Positions 12,415 to 24,510 of a DNA stretch of 64,000 nucleotides are shown piece after piece. The stretch is taken from assembly GCA_029717555.1 (NCBI GenBank), contig JAMDHS010000100.1:1-64000 (forward strand), in the 5' to 3' direction. The position numbers and the translations under genes are program-made. This DNA comes from Peribolospora baueri (Eukaryota). The notes under the pieces are model-generated. The model made no database searches, was not told the DNA's origin, and saw nothing but the letters and a program-made list of their open reading frames with translations. The first letter of the stretch is position 1, and each line of letters starts with the position of its first letter.

Positions 12415-14754
12415 TCACCCCGACCCGCTGCGGCCCCTAATGTTCCCGGCGACAAATCTTCCAGCGACGCTCGTAGAAGAAAGCACCGTCACCGCCGAAC
12501 CTACAGACGCCGACGGAGGCGGCTGCTGGCCTGGAAGAGGTCCGAGAGAGGGGGTGGCAAAAGCCTTGGGAGGCGTTGGAGGTGGCGGCGGCTCAGCTTG
12601 GTGCTCCCATGGCGTGGGGTGCTCGTGCTGGCCCATGTTGGGTGCATCGGGTCCGCTGATTTTTCGGGTGTACGCCGTAGCAAGGGCGGGACCGGAGCGC
12701 GTTGACGAGGAAGGCGGCATGGGAGGTGGCGGCGGTGGTGGTGGCGCAGAGAGTCCGGAAAGTGTGCCGCCGCCGCCGCCGCCGATGGAGGGGGGTGAGA
12801 GGCGAGGCGAGGAATTGTGCGGATTGAGGGCGGAGCCTGCATTCACAAGCACGTACGAGCCATCTGGGGAGGTAGCGGCCTGCTGAGCTACGCCACTTCG
12901 CATTGCGGCGACTGCTGCAGAAGGCGAGGCGGCGAGGCTAGCTTGGAACTGCTCCATGGCGGTCTGATCACGCAGCCTCATCTTGCTTGCCACGCCCCTC
13001 ATCATAGGCGAGCTGAGCTCCCCGCCGCCCGGACCGCACGCGACGGCACGCTCCATGTCAAGGTGGTCCGGGCGAGTGGAGCGCAAGCTAGGACTGGAGG
13101 CGGCCGTGGACGCGCCGCCCGGTGTTCTTGGCGTTGTCGGCAGCGGAGGCAGAGGTGGTGAGCGCCCATGCCCGCCATGCAGAGGGCTACCGGCGATGCT
13201 GGTAAAGGAGGAGGACGAATGCGAGGGTGGGACAGACAGTGAGGTCGACGTGGAGGCGATCGTAGAGGTGCTGACGGCAGGCGTGAGGTTGGGAAGGTGT
13301 GGGACTTGGAACGGTGGCGGCATGCCAGGATCGCCTCTGCCGGCGCCGTCAAGACCGGCGTGACCGACTTCCCTTTCTCGCTCTCGCCTCTGAGCTTGCC
13401 GCTCGGCCAACTCGTCCAATCCGCGACTGCCGCCGGATCCGCTCCTTAACCTGTATCCGTCTGCGGTGCCGTTGCTCAGCACACTCCCTCCGCTTTCCGA
13501 TCCTTCATGTGGCAGTGGAGGCAGAGGTGGCAGAGGTGTGGTCGAACGATCTAGGCCCGCAGGCGCCGCCGCGGCGGCTCGCCGAGCGCGCCTGCGTTGG
13601 TCATACTGTGCCCGCCCAAACGCTTCGAGGGCTGCCTTGACGGAGTGAGAAAACGCAAAGTCGGCAGCGGTGAAGCCTTCGTTGTTCTTGAACTGTCGAG
13701 GGGAATGAAGCCATAGTGAGAAGGCGCAGCTCCTTGACTCATACCACGTCTTGTCGCACACTCACCGCATAGGAGCATCCGCGCTCGATGAGCAACTGGA
13801 TGGCAGTGAGATGGCCCCAAGCGCTGGCATAGTGTAGTGGTGTGTTGCCCTCCAGATCTGGCAAGTCCACGTCGGCGCCAAGATCACAGAGTAGCTGTTA
13901 AAACGCGGGTGACCGAGGGAAGGCGTCAGATATTGTCACTTCCGAGCGCCACGGACAAATGTTCAAGGGCTTACCCGGATCACCTCGTCCCCTCCCCTGT
14001 GCGCTGCGATATGCAGGGCCGTCCTGCCTTCGGCATTGGCCCAGTTGAGTAAGTCGGGGAGGTTGGGACATCGCTCGTAGTAGACCGATACGACGTCAGC
14101 TCGAAGGTGGAAGGCAGCGGTGTGGAGAACGGTGTTGAGGTCGGAATCCTGAACGGAGAACGAGGGAGACGGTATGAAAGCGATAGTTAGGACGCTTAGA
14201 AGCAAGCTAAAAAAAGCAGAGTTGATCCGGACAACTGAACTGACTCTGGTAGGCTCGCCGACTTCATGTCCCATATCGAGCAACCATTCGATCAGCTCGA
14301 GCTCGGCACCTGCCTCGACAGCCAATGTCAAGCTTGTCTTTCTCCCGGGACCGGGGTTTCTAATGTCATCAACCTTTGAAGCAAGCCGCTTAATCAAAGA
14401 GAGGTTGTACTCCCCTGCGACTGAGTAGGGCGAAGAGGGGGAAGGAGAAGCGACGGCGTAAGGTGGGACGACGTTGTGGCCGGTGACCGAAAAGCCTGCG
14501 GCTGGAGAGGAATTGGGAGTAAAATGATGCGAAGAGAGATAGTTGGAGGTGGAAGAGCGACCGCAATCGATTATGGCTCGGCGCAAGCGGGCGGACGAAT
14601 CTCGACTGAAGTGCGATAGTTCGGATGGAGTCAACCAAAAGAGACAGCGGTGAGCGCCCGCCTGCCTGTCTTGCTCGCTCCGAACAAAGGCATCGTATGG
14701 GAAGGGGCAGGGGGAGCGACATCTTCGGACTCACGAGCTCATCATCATCATCAT
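12415..14754 (-). CDS. Ankyrin-repeat protein, AVO2 (TORC2 subunit)-like, with long low-complexity C-terminus
   Basis: First exon (ATG)5-AGC-TC|GTGAGT splices to SRDSSARLRRAI; NLSLIKRL, NTVLHTAA, GRTALHIAA ankyrin motifs; KNNEGFTAADFAFS. Confidence 0.75.
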
Positions 14755-15621
14755 TCCAGACGAACGGATGACTGTCCACCAGGGAGCGCGGAGATGGCGA
14801 CGAAGCCGTGCGACCGCGAAGATCAAGGCGGTGCACGTGCCGGCGGGGCGTGTTAGATGGTCGAGGGAAAAGGCGTGGGGCGTCTTCCCGGCTCACGGCT
14901 GAGCAGCCCGGCAAAGCTGACCGCCTCGCCTCTCTAGCAGCGCTGAGCGGCCGATGACGCCTCTAGGCGCTTCTAGCTGCCCGCAGTCAAGCCCTTTGTG
15001 CCCTTCCCCAGTGCACCTCGTGCTAGGAAAGTTGTGCAGTATGAGCGTGAAAGCGGGAGCCGCTCTCCTTGTCCCCTCTCACACTGTGGGATGGTATATC
15101 GAGACGAGAGAAATCAAGAGAGGCGAAAGAGAGAAAGGATGCGGACGTGTTAGGGGGATGGGTTGGACGAGGTGCGGGGAACGAAGGTTGACCGAAGGAA
15201 GGCGGGGCCGGGTGTTGGGAAGGCGGATATGAGAGGACAGGAAGCAGGTCCGCGGCGTCAGAGGAAAAGACTGCTGAGGACGGAGAGAGGGAAGGAGAGA
15301 AGGTGAGGATATGGTGGTGGTATTGGTGGTGATAGTGGCGGTGGTCGTCGTCGTCATCGCCTCTTCTCGACGACCTCCACGAGTCAGTCAGTCCGCCGGC
15401 GAACCGCCTCACGTCGCGTGTCGATCATCTGCTTTGCTGCGGCAAGTCGCCGCAGGCGCCCAGCGACTGCGGCAATAACCCCAGCCGGGTCGAGCCGAGC
15501 CGGCTCTGCTCGAACGGTCCCCCCGCGTCGCAAGACACCTTCGTCCCACCTTCGACCTCGCTCGCCCTTCTTCTTCTTCTTCCGCTTCCCTTCACCCCAT
15601 CTCCCCCTCATCAACCTAGCC

Positions 15622-16573
15622 ATGATCGTCTCTCCAGCCCTCACCCTCCTCGCCTCTCGATCCCCGCTGGCCCTCGCCGGCCGAACCACCGCCGCGCACG
15701 TCGCCCGCTTCCATACTGGTGAGCCGAGCCGCCCGTTCACTCCGTGTCTTCGGCGAGGGACGGATGGACGGATGGGTGGATGGATGGATGGATGGATGGA
15801 TGATGGATGGAGACGAGACGGAGCTCTTCGAATTGTGCTGTGACCGGCTAATTTGCTGTTCTTTTGCATTGCTTCGTATTCTCTTCTCTTTCTTCCCGTT
15901 GTACGCCCACACCTGCTCGATCGCCCATGCTCCCTTTCCCCTCCCGCCTTGGATAGCCGCGCCTGTCCGCTCCGCACAGCCTGGCCCTTCCCAAAGCTAC
16001 ATCAAGGGCACTGTCAACGACCCTACTACCTTCCCCCCGCCCTCCAAATCCCACGGCTCCTACCACTGGACGGCCGAGCGCGCAATCTCCGCGGCGCTCA
16101 TCCCCCTCATCGCGGCCACCGCGGTCTCCTCTCCCAACCCGATCCTTGACGGCGTCCTCGGCGCCTCGCTCATCATGCACTCCCACATTGGCTTTGATGC
16201 TTGTCTCGTCGACTATGTCCACGCCCGCAAGTTCCCCATTGCCGGCCCCGCCGCCAAGATTGGACTCTACGCCGCCACGTTGGGCGCTTTGGTCGGCGTG
16301 TACGAGTTCAACACGAACGATATCGGTGAGTCGGCGCGCCAGGTGGAGGGAGGAGGGAGATAGAGTGGGCCGGAAAGAGAATCGGATGGGAGAGAGATTC
16401 GGCCGAGGTAGAGACGGACGGAGGGAGGATCCGTTGGCTTCTCTTCTCGTCCGTCTTCTACCTCTTTTCTCGCTTTAGTCGTCTTCCGTCTTCCTTCACG
16501 CCCTCATCGTCTTCGTCTTGTTTGGTACCCCTCAGGCCTCACGGAGCTCGTCAAGAAGGCGTGGACCGCCTGA
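15622..16573 (+). CDS. SDH4: Succinate dehydrogenase membrane anchor subunit (CybS)
   Basis: Arg/Ala-rich presequence; GTVNDP, HGSYHWTAER, HSHIGF, DYV, EFNTNDIG|LTELVKKAW. Confidence 0.95.
15758..15810 (+). repeat. (GGAT)n microsatellite in SDH4 intron 1
   Basis: ggacggatggacggatgggtggatggatggatggatggatggatgatggatgg. Confidence 0.85.
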
Positions 16574-17160
16574 TCGCTCCATCCCACTCCCTTCGTCCAT
16601 CGCATTCGTGTCTCCCGATTCCTCTCCGTGTACTTCAACTCAGGCCAGTGGGACGGGAATCGGCAGGGGTAACGATATAACCTAAGTCTCGTTCGAGCTA
16701 TGACCGCATAGATAGACGTTCCGCCTGGACCGCCTCGATAGGATTGACGTATGAAGTCAAAGGCGGTCCCGGCTTTAGCCGTTTCCCGTGTCGCCCGCTC
16801 CCTTTGGCGTGACTCGTAGGCGGGGCCGACGATGGAAAGCGAGGTCTTTGATTGAGCTAGGCGTTCCTGACCGGACATCACTCCGACGACAATCTAACGT
16901 GGTCTGAGAACGAGTCCTCGTCGACCAGGGCTTGATTGAATAAAGAATGCTTAAAGTACCCATTAGAGATGCCGTAGCCGGCTGCACAAGATAGGATGGA
17001 AAGTCTATGAGAAAGAGAAAGAAAATGTCGTGGAACGTCCTGCCTGCTCCATGAGAAAAAGAAATCCCAAACATCCTCATACATCCATCCCTTCGCGCCT
17101 ATACCCAAGAGCAAAATTCGCTCGACTCCCCATGTCCCCTACTCGCCACTGCCAAACTAT

Positions 17161-18954
17161 CTATGGCACGTTCTCGCTCGCCACCAACGCGCCCGCGCTT
17201 CCCGTCGCCTCCTTCTCAACTACGCCTTCCCCACTCATCAGCCTCCTAGCTCTCTTCTCGGCCCGCGTCCGGAAGAACCAGCTGAGGTTCTCGTATACGA
17301 CAAACGTGACGCACGTGCCGGGGAGGATGCGAATCGCGTTGGCGGCGAGGCCCTTGTAAAAAGCCGACAGGCCTTCTTGGGCATAGGTCAGTCGGATGCA
17401 AACCGGGATGGAGGTGTAGATGTGAGAGGTGGCGTGGTTCTGGACGGACGGGGCGCAAGAAGTAGGGCACGTGGGTAAGCCCGCGATACGAAGACGCCAA
17501 CTGAAGGAGAACGCGGACGTACTTGTATTCGAGATCGGATGACCTGGTAAGGGTAAGTAAGAAAGATGGCAGCGATCTTGGCCGCTCCGCTCATGATCAC
17601 GTATTCTGCATTCGGCTGACGACCAAAGAAAGTGGATGCGGTAGAGATGGTTCCGTCAGTCAGACCTTGAACCTTTTCTGACAACTTCTTCAAGGTAACG
17701 CCCCTCGACGGCCAATGACATCTGTTCAAACTCACCAACTTGATCTGCCCGCCCGAAATCGTCGGCTGCCCTGCCCACCCGCCGCCGCCTCGACGCTCTA
17801 ATCGCCTCCTGGCCACGGTGTTCCTCCACTTCTTAAGCTCCTCGTAGCACATGAATTGAATCGCTCCGTTGCTCACTCCTACAAGAGCGAGCACCGTGCC
17901 TTTATAAAGTCCTCGGATGCCCTCTGTCCGCCAGATTTGAGTGAGACCGTCTGTGAAGAGAAAGAGGGGCAAGAGGACAGGGATACGCGTGGATGGGAAA
18001 AGTGAGTTCACCCTTTCAAACCATATACACGGCACGTCACAAAAAAAGTATCGTCGAGGCGTCCACCAAACTCACGCCAAAGACCACGATAAGCGACATC
18101 CTGCCTTCCGGTAGTGAACATGCGCGTCTTCACGACCCAGATCGGGTTCGTCATGATGGCGGTGATGGCCCCGGACTCTGCCGAGGCAAGTAAGTGCTGT
18201 CCCGCGCTGAGCTCCGCCATTGATCCGTCACCGCCGTTGCGCTCGGCCATATGCTTTTTGAGCGTCACGTACCTGTTGAAGGGAGTTGAGTCAAATAAAG
18301 GCGAAAAAGTCCAACATGGATGAGCGACCTGAGAGCCGCTAGTCTCATCTGAGGAATAAGCGGGAGAGCAGCTTGAAGCCGTTCATCACGACTTCCACAT
18401 CGGCATCGTCCTCCCTGTTTCCGGACTGACTCACTGGCGCGTGCACTCACCATAAAAAGTACAAACCCCAGCTAGCGCTATTGCCGACTACATTGGCACT
18501 CAATCCCCTATAGAGGCCCAACCAGCCGTCGCGCCTTACAATGTCCTTCAAGCTCAAATAGATCTGTCCGCCGACGCCACCTATTCGGCTGCCCACTGAA
18601 GGGGGTCCGGTCGTCACCGACGCCGCCGCTGGGTTCGCGGGCGCGAAGGCGGGTGGAAAGACGGGGGAGGTGGCCACTTGGAAGCGAGTCTTGACGAGGT
18701 CCAAGGGATTCATGCACACCGTCGCCACAGCTCCCGCGCCTATTCCCGCTGCTGCGTGGTCCTGAGAGGCACATGACAAAGTCGGGCGAGAAGGAAATCG
18801 AGGCGGCCACGATCCGGTGGCGACGTCAGCCTAAGCTAGCAGTTTTCCATGCCCCGGCCCTCCGTCGAGCCTTAGCACGCGCGCCACTTACAAAGGCAGG
18901 GTTCCCAAAAAAGGAGAGCCTCTCAGCCGTCCGTTCTCGGCCTTGAGAGGACAT
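17161..18954 (-). CDS. Mitochondrial carrier, FAD/folate transporter (FLX1/SLC25A32-like)
   Basis: Three carrier signatures PLDLVKTRFQ, PIWVVKTRM, PYQVIRSRIQ; GNSASWGLYF, VSNGAIQFMCYEELK, RILPGTCVTFVVYE. Confidence 0.9.
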
Positions 18955-19316
18955 CGCATCGGGGCGAGGGCGAGGAGGAGGAGATGACGAGGGGATTCCT
19001 TTGGTGTTAGTGTCGAGCCGATTATCTGATGCCGAGCAATTCCGTCGTTTGTTTTCTTCGCGAGTGATCGGGAGCCTGCTGCGGCATCTCGACCATGGTG
19101 GGCCCGTGCGCTGACGTAGAATCAAATCAAATCAAATCTGGCATAGATGGCGACTACGACGAGCGATGTACGTCATCATAACTTGTAAAGGTCCCCTTGG
19201 GCTAGCGCACTCCCTCTTCGCATCCCCATGGAGCAAACGCACTGGCCATTCGGCTTGCGGCGACGCTCCATGCCATCCTAGGTTGTCCGGCTCACACGTG
19301 AACGCTCCACCTTTGC

Positions 19317-20302
19317 ATGGCTGCCTTCGTCGGACGCTATGAAGTGTTAGTGCAGGTGATGCCAGCGCAAAACACGCTCTACGCTCTCCTAAACCTCTCA
19401 CCAGGGGCCATGTCCGCTGGAGCGTCGGCCGGTTCGTCTCCAGCCAGGAGCACCCCGATCTGTTATCCTGCGTCGACGATCTCGTGCGCGCCAGCGTCCT
19501 TCCCAATCTGACCTCGCTCATGGTGATTTTGGAAGGGTCGGATCAGTCTTGGGTTACGGACGAGGACGTGCCCATTATACCGCCTACACTTCTTCGGGCT
19601 GTGGCTGGAAAATTCCGCAGGCTGAAGAAGCTCATAATCAGAGGGGTAGTTGAGACGGCAAGATTTGGATAGCCAAGTCTGCCTTTTTTTGAACTCAAGG
19701 TCAATGAGTTATGCCTGCGAGCAAGTCTTCCTTTCACATCGCCTACTTCAGCCACGTCGGCGGGCGTACTCATTCTTTAGCAGATTTCTTGGCGTCTCAT
19801 CGTTTTTCGTTTCGTCGCGTCCCATGTTCCTTTGGGCTATAGCATTTCGTGAAGATCCGGCCTTGCCCGATCCTGGCCCTCTTTGCGACAACCTAGCCTC
19901 GTCGTGTCCAAGCCTTTGGGAGCTCAAGACTTGATTTCAGGGTCATGAAAAAAACTCGATTGTTTTGCCAAGTGGCAGCCTCTTTCCCCGGAGATTCCCT
20001 CGCCTGGAGCACTATGGCTTCCACGTCCCTGATCCAGACGTGCGATACGAATTTGGGAGGGACTCGCTCCAGCTGGTCGAGCTGGGTGACCACACCGAAG
20101 AGCCATTCTGGAAATGGCCGATTTTTGATCTCATCTTGCCATTCCAAGTCGTTGTGGAGGTTTTGGAGGATTGGTAGGACGTCATCCTGCGCATACCGGA
20201 GAGCCTGGCCGATGATGACGAATGCGACGACGGCTTGAAGAGGATCGCTAAGATCGAGGGTGTTGCCGCCTCGATGATCATGTCGAAGGAAGTTGAACCG
20301 TA
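19317..20302 (+). pseudogene. Degraded ORF with LRR/F-box-associated-like leucine periodicity
   Basis: Fragments LPNLTSL, FRRLKKLII, SCPSLWELK, FPRLEHY separated by in-frame stops and frame changes; family assignment is an inference. Confidence 0.4.
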
Positions 20303-20453
20303 GGGGAACGGCAGCCGAACGGATCTGATGGATAAACGACTTTTTTGAGAGAAGACAAAAATGCGCATCTTCTTACGAGCAGGTGGTCTGGCCGGACTGT
20401 TCTTACCGGAGAGCCTGGCCGATAATGACGAATGCGACGACGGCTTGAAGAGG
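20194..20453 (+). repeat. 50-bp direct repeat (20194-20243 and 20404-20453)
   Basis: taccggagagcctggccgat(g/a)atgacgaatgcgacgacggcttgaagagg occurs twice with one mismatch. Confidence 0.95.
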
Positions 20454-20866
20454 CGATTCTTTCAGTCTCCTCCGTCACTTCTTTATCTTTGCCTTTCTCC
20501 CCTAGTCTCCGTTATTCCCTGCCCTTTTCCTGTCTTCTCTATCCTTTTCTTCCAGAATTTAGAACTGTCTGCTTCCCGACTTTACTAGACGCTAGTGATT
20601 TAAACGGCTGTCATTAGTATTGGTGCCTCGATTGCGTGCGCAGCCTATAAATAAGCTCGGAGATCCCAAATTGCGCGTGGTCAAGCGCTCCAGACGAGCA
20701 CGTTCGAGCCGCGGCGCCTGACCTATGCGAATCGCCGTGTAAATCTGTGCGTCTGATGTGCCAGCAGCGCAGAAAACACTTTCAAGCATCTATCATATCA
20801 GAAATACGGCTACGGCCTCTGCGGCGTTGCGCCGGTCATTGATTGTGCTGCCAGGGCGATGCACTG

Positions 20867-21627
20867 CTACAGCTCGGCCAACCTGACCCCGTTCTGGTCA
20901 ATGATCCGGACCTTCCACCTGCCGGTGTCAACGAGGAGCCTCTTGCGGACCTCGTCAATGCACCTCCTCATCAGTTCCATTCCTTCCTCCTCGCTCATGT
21001 CCGGTCGATGATACCGGTCCATCGTGCTGAGTGCAAAGTAAGCGCCGTAGCCGTGTGCGGCGTAAGGCACCGTGGCCATAGTACCGAGGTAATCGACCCA
21101 GTAGACGGAGGGTGTGGAGGAAGGACCGTCAAAGCCGGCGAGAAGAAGGTTGACAGCGTAGGGCTTGCGAGAGCGGATGGATTCGGCGAGCTGGTTTCGT
21201 ATCCACGACGCCGCCGCTCGAGGACGGAGCTCGATGTGGTTCCTAAAGAGTAGAGAGTATGTGGGGTCGCAAGGGATACAGAGAAGAACGAGGTGTGATG
21301 AGCATTGCCGTCGCCATCGCAGTTGAGGGGAAGGCGCTCACCGAGTCTCATACAGACGAAGGTTCCGCTCAACATATTCAGCAAACTGCACGGTGTCGCC
21401 TGTGAGTGCCAAAGGTCGTAGGCGTCAGCGAGATGACACCTGACTGCCACATTCGCCCGTCGTCCACCTCACTCACCGGGCTCTCCGCTGTACGCCATGA
21501 CGAGGTGCTTAGAGATTTCCTTCATCTTGTCCTCGTCGTGCTTCATCTTGACGATGCTGCGCGCGGCGATCGAGTCGGAGGCCACGATGGAAAAGCCCTT
21601 TCCGGTGAGAGCGAATGAGCACTCCAT
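20867..21627 (-). CDS. PRE1: 20S proteasome subunit beta type 2 (beta-4)
   Basis: MECSFALTGKGFSIVASD, MAYSGEPGD, SRSPYAVNLLLAGFD, VPYAAHGYGAYFALSTMDRYHRPDM. Confidence 0.95.
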
Positions 21628-21910
21628 GATGGAAGGAGCGGAGAAGAGGACGAGAGGGAGAGAGAAGCAGAGATGGAATCCGGATGTGGGTTGGAGTTGG
21701 GCGAAGGTGTCGATCGTCAGGTGTCAGTGTCAGTGATCGGTCGACGCGCGTCGTCGTCCGCTCGAGTGAGTGGGTGAGTGACTGCGGCAAGCTGCTCCGA
21801 ACCGTTCCAACTGCGCTCACGCTCAGCTCGGCGTACAAACCGGGTTCATCACCGCGTCCGATGGCGGCGACGTTCCTTCTCGTAACCAACATCGTCGTCG
21901 CCGCTCGCTG

Positions 21911-21930
21911 TGACTGACTGACTGACTGAC
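21911..21930 (+). repeat. (TGAC)5 microsatellite in the PRE1/BPL1 divergent promoter
   Basis: tgactgactgactgactgac. Confidence 0.8.
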
Positions 21931-21987
21931 GGACGACGGCCGGAGCTCGACGCCCTCGCGACTCGCAATTCCTTTTTTTCTTGCCAC

Positions 21988-24360
21988 ATGAACGTTCTCG
22001 TATATGACGGTCCCGGCGTCTCGCCGTCTGCCTTGGCCCAGACTCTGCGCGCCCTGCGCTCCTTCCTCGCCTCCTCCCACGACGTACACACCGTCTCCTC
22101 CTCCGTCCTCGCCAACGACCCATGGCCAGCAAACACCTCCCTCCTCGTTATCCCCGGCGGCCGCGACATCCCTTACCAGTCTGCTCTGTCTGGCAAGGCC
22201 AACCGCCGCATTAGGAACTGGGTTGAGTGTGGCGGCAAGTACCTCGGCATATGTGCTGGGGCTTACTACGCCAGCCGCTCTCTCGTCTTCGAGGAAGGCA
22301 CCCCGCTCGAGGTTAAGGGCGAGCGAGAGCTGGCATTTTACCCAGGCGAATGTCGCGGCACCGTCTTTCCCGGCTTCGTATACGAGAGTGATGCGGGCGC
22401 GCGAGCGGTGTCGATCAAGCTCGAGAGGAGGGCGTGGATGGACGTCCATCCTGACGCTCCCGATCAACTGACCGTTTACTACAACGGCGGAGGAGCTTTT
22501 TTCGACGCTGACCGATATGATGGTCAGGGCGTAACCGTCCTGGCTCGGTACGCCGACCTGCAAAGCCACCCAGCGGCCGGCGTGCGGTGTGACGTTGGAA
22601 AGGGCGCAGCCGTTCTTTTCACCGTCCATCCCGAGTTCGGTCCTGGTGGCGTTGACTCTGCTCACCCTGCCACCGGGGGAATGAGCGATGACGACGCCAT
22701 ACTCGCGAAGGAGCGTCTGGCGAAGAGCGAACGGGAGCGGCTGTCCCTGTTGCGAGCGACTTTGAGGATGCTGGGTTTAAATGTTTCAGATCAGACACTC
22801 TTCCGCAACCCAAATCTAACGCCTCAATTCCTGGCCTCACGGCTGCCGAATAGGGCGGTCGACCTCGTCAACGGCATGGAGGACATTGCCGTGGCTCCCG
22901 GTCGTCGAGCGGCACACCATACCACCATACCACCCATATTAACCATCGCCGAAGCCAACGACACGTTCCTATTTTATCCCGCTCCCGCTGCGGAGGACGT
23001 GATCGAGGCGACGGAACGGGAGGACTACGAAGCAGAAGCAGACAAACGTGGGGCCGCAGAAGTAGATCTCCACAAGATCCCCAAGCGCGTGCTCGTGTTT
23101 GACGGCGAATGGCCGGGCAAAGCCTTAACACCATTCTTCGACATGGCCGAGTACTTTTCGAGTTTGGAGGGTGTGCGGAAGATGTTGGGCGGAGGATCGC
23201 GGAAGACGGAGGGATTGGGAGACACGGTGATGTATGCTGAGGTGGTGACTAGCACGCAGACGATGCTGGACAAGTGAGTCTTGACCCCCAACAAATGTCA
23301 CGTTCTCTTCTCTCTGATGTCGCTGGCCTCACGTCCATGTCTCCAGAAATTTCCGATTCCTCACCCACGTTCCCACAGGTCTTATCTCCGTGGCCACACG
23401 CCAGATGTCAGGTCGCGGACGATCCTCCAACCGATGGATCTCTCCGCCCGGCTGCCTACAGTTCTCTCTCGTCCTTCGCTTGCCTCAGTCGCTTGCCGCA
23501 AAAGTCGTCTTCGTGCAGTACCTTTTCGGTCTCGCCGTCGTGCAGGCTGTGGCAAACCTCGGTGAAGGTTACGATCGCTTGGGAGTACGTCTGAAATGGC
23601 CCAACGACATTTATGCCGAGGTTCCCGCCAGTCGACAAGGAGCTATTGAACGCGAGGGAAGGTGGTATTTGAAGATGGGAGGGATCTTGGTCAATAGCCA
23701 ATTTTCCAGTGGACAATTCGTTTTGATCGTTGGTGCGTAATCTGTGCGGTTAACCCGCCGACCCTTTGGCTAGGAGAATCCCGCTGAAATGGACCGCCGC
23801 TGGACTCTTTTGGTCTAGGTTGTGGCGTCAACACCACCAACTCTTTGCCTACTACTTCCTTGTCTGATTTGATCTCCCTCTACAACGAGTCTCTTCCCGC
23901 AAACGCTCCGGCCTCGGCTCGACTGGCACCCATCAGCCAGGAGCGCTTCCTCGGCACGATCATCGCGACATTCGAGAGGATGTGGGAACGCTTTTTGGCG
24001 GATGGGAGATGGGAAAGTTTTCAGGATACTTACGAGAATACATGGTTGCATTCGTGAGTAACCACGTGGTTGTATTGTGATAGTCAACGTTCGTCTGAAA
24101 GCTCACGTGCCGGTCCATCGACGTTCGCTCCCTCCATCAGCGGTCAAGAAGTCCATGTCGCCGAAACGGACAATACACCTGGCACGCGTGTTCGTATCAT
24201 AGGCATCACGCCTGACTATGGACTTCTCCGATCGGTCCCAGCTGAAGACGGGGCGTTGGCCGCCGCCTCGGAAAACCCGTTCGCGCAACGATTCATCGAT
24301 CTTCAGCCGGATGGGAACGGATTTGATATGCTTGCCAATCTAATTAGAAAGAAGACATGA
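21988..24360 (+). CDS. BPL1: Biotin-protein ligase (holocarboxylase synthetase) with N-terminal BPL_N domain
   Basis: MNVLVYDGPG, PGGRDIPY, YLGICAGAYY; EVVTSTQTMLD, QMSGRGRSSNRWISP, LKWPNDIY, KMGGILV, IGITPDYGLL, DLQPDGNGFDM. Confidence 0.96.
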
Positions 24361-24510
24361 GGAATGATGACGGCCGTGTTCTAAAAGTGACGGTCATAAT
24401 CATCGACAACCATTTGGCGACGCACATCTATGTCTTGGCGTTAGAATGCACAGCCTTCTACCAATCTAGCGTATAGCATATCTATGAGAGAGTAACGACC
24501 GATCAGGTCT

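Noticed and set aside
5432..14754. LCB1 near an AVO2-like gene as a sphingolipid/TORC2 functional cluster
   Set aside because: Unrelated genes lie between them and proximity alone is not evidence
16600..17150. Short minus-strand ORFs between SDH4 and the carrier gene
   Set aside because: They are stop-interrupted and unrecognisable, and cannot be distinguished from UTR sequence
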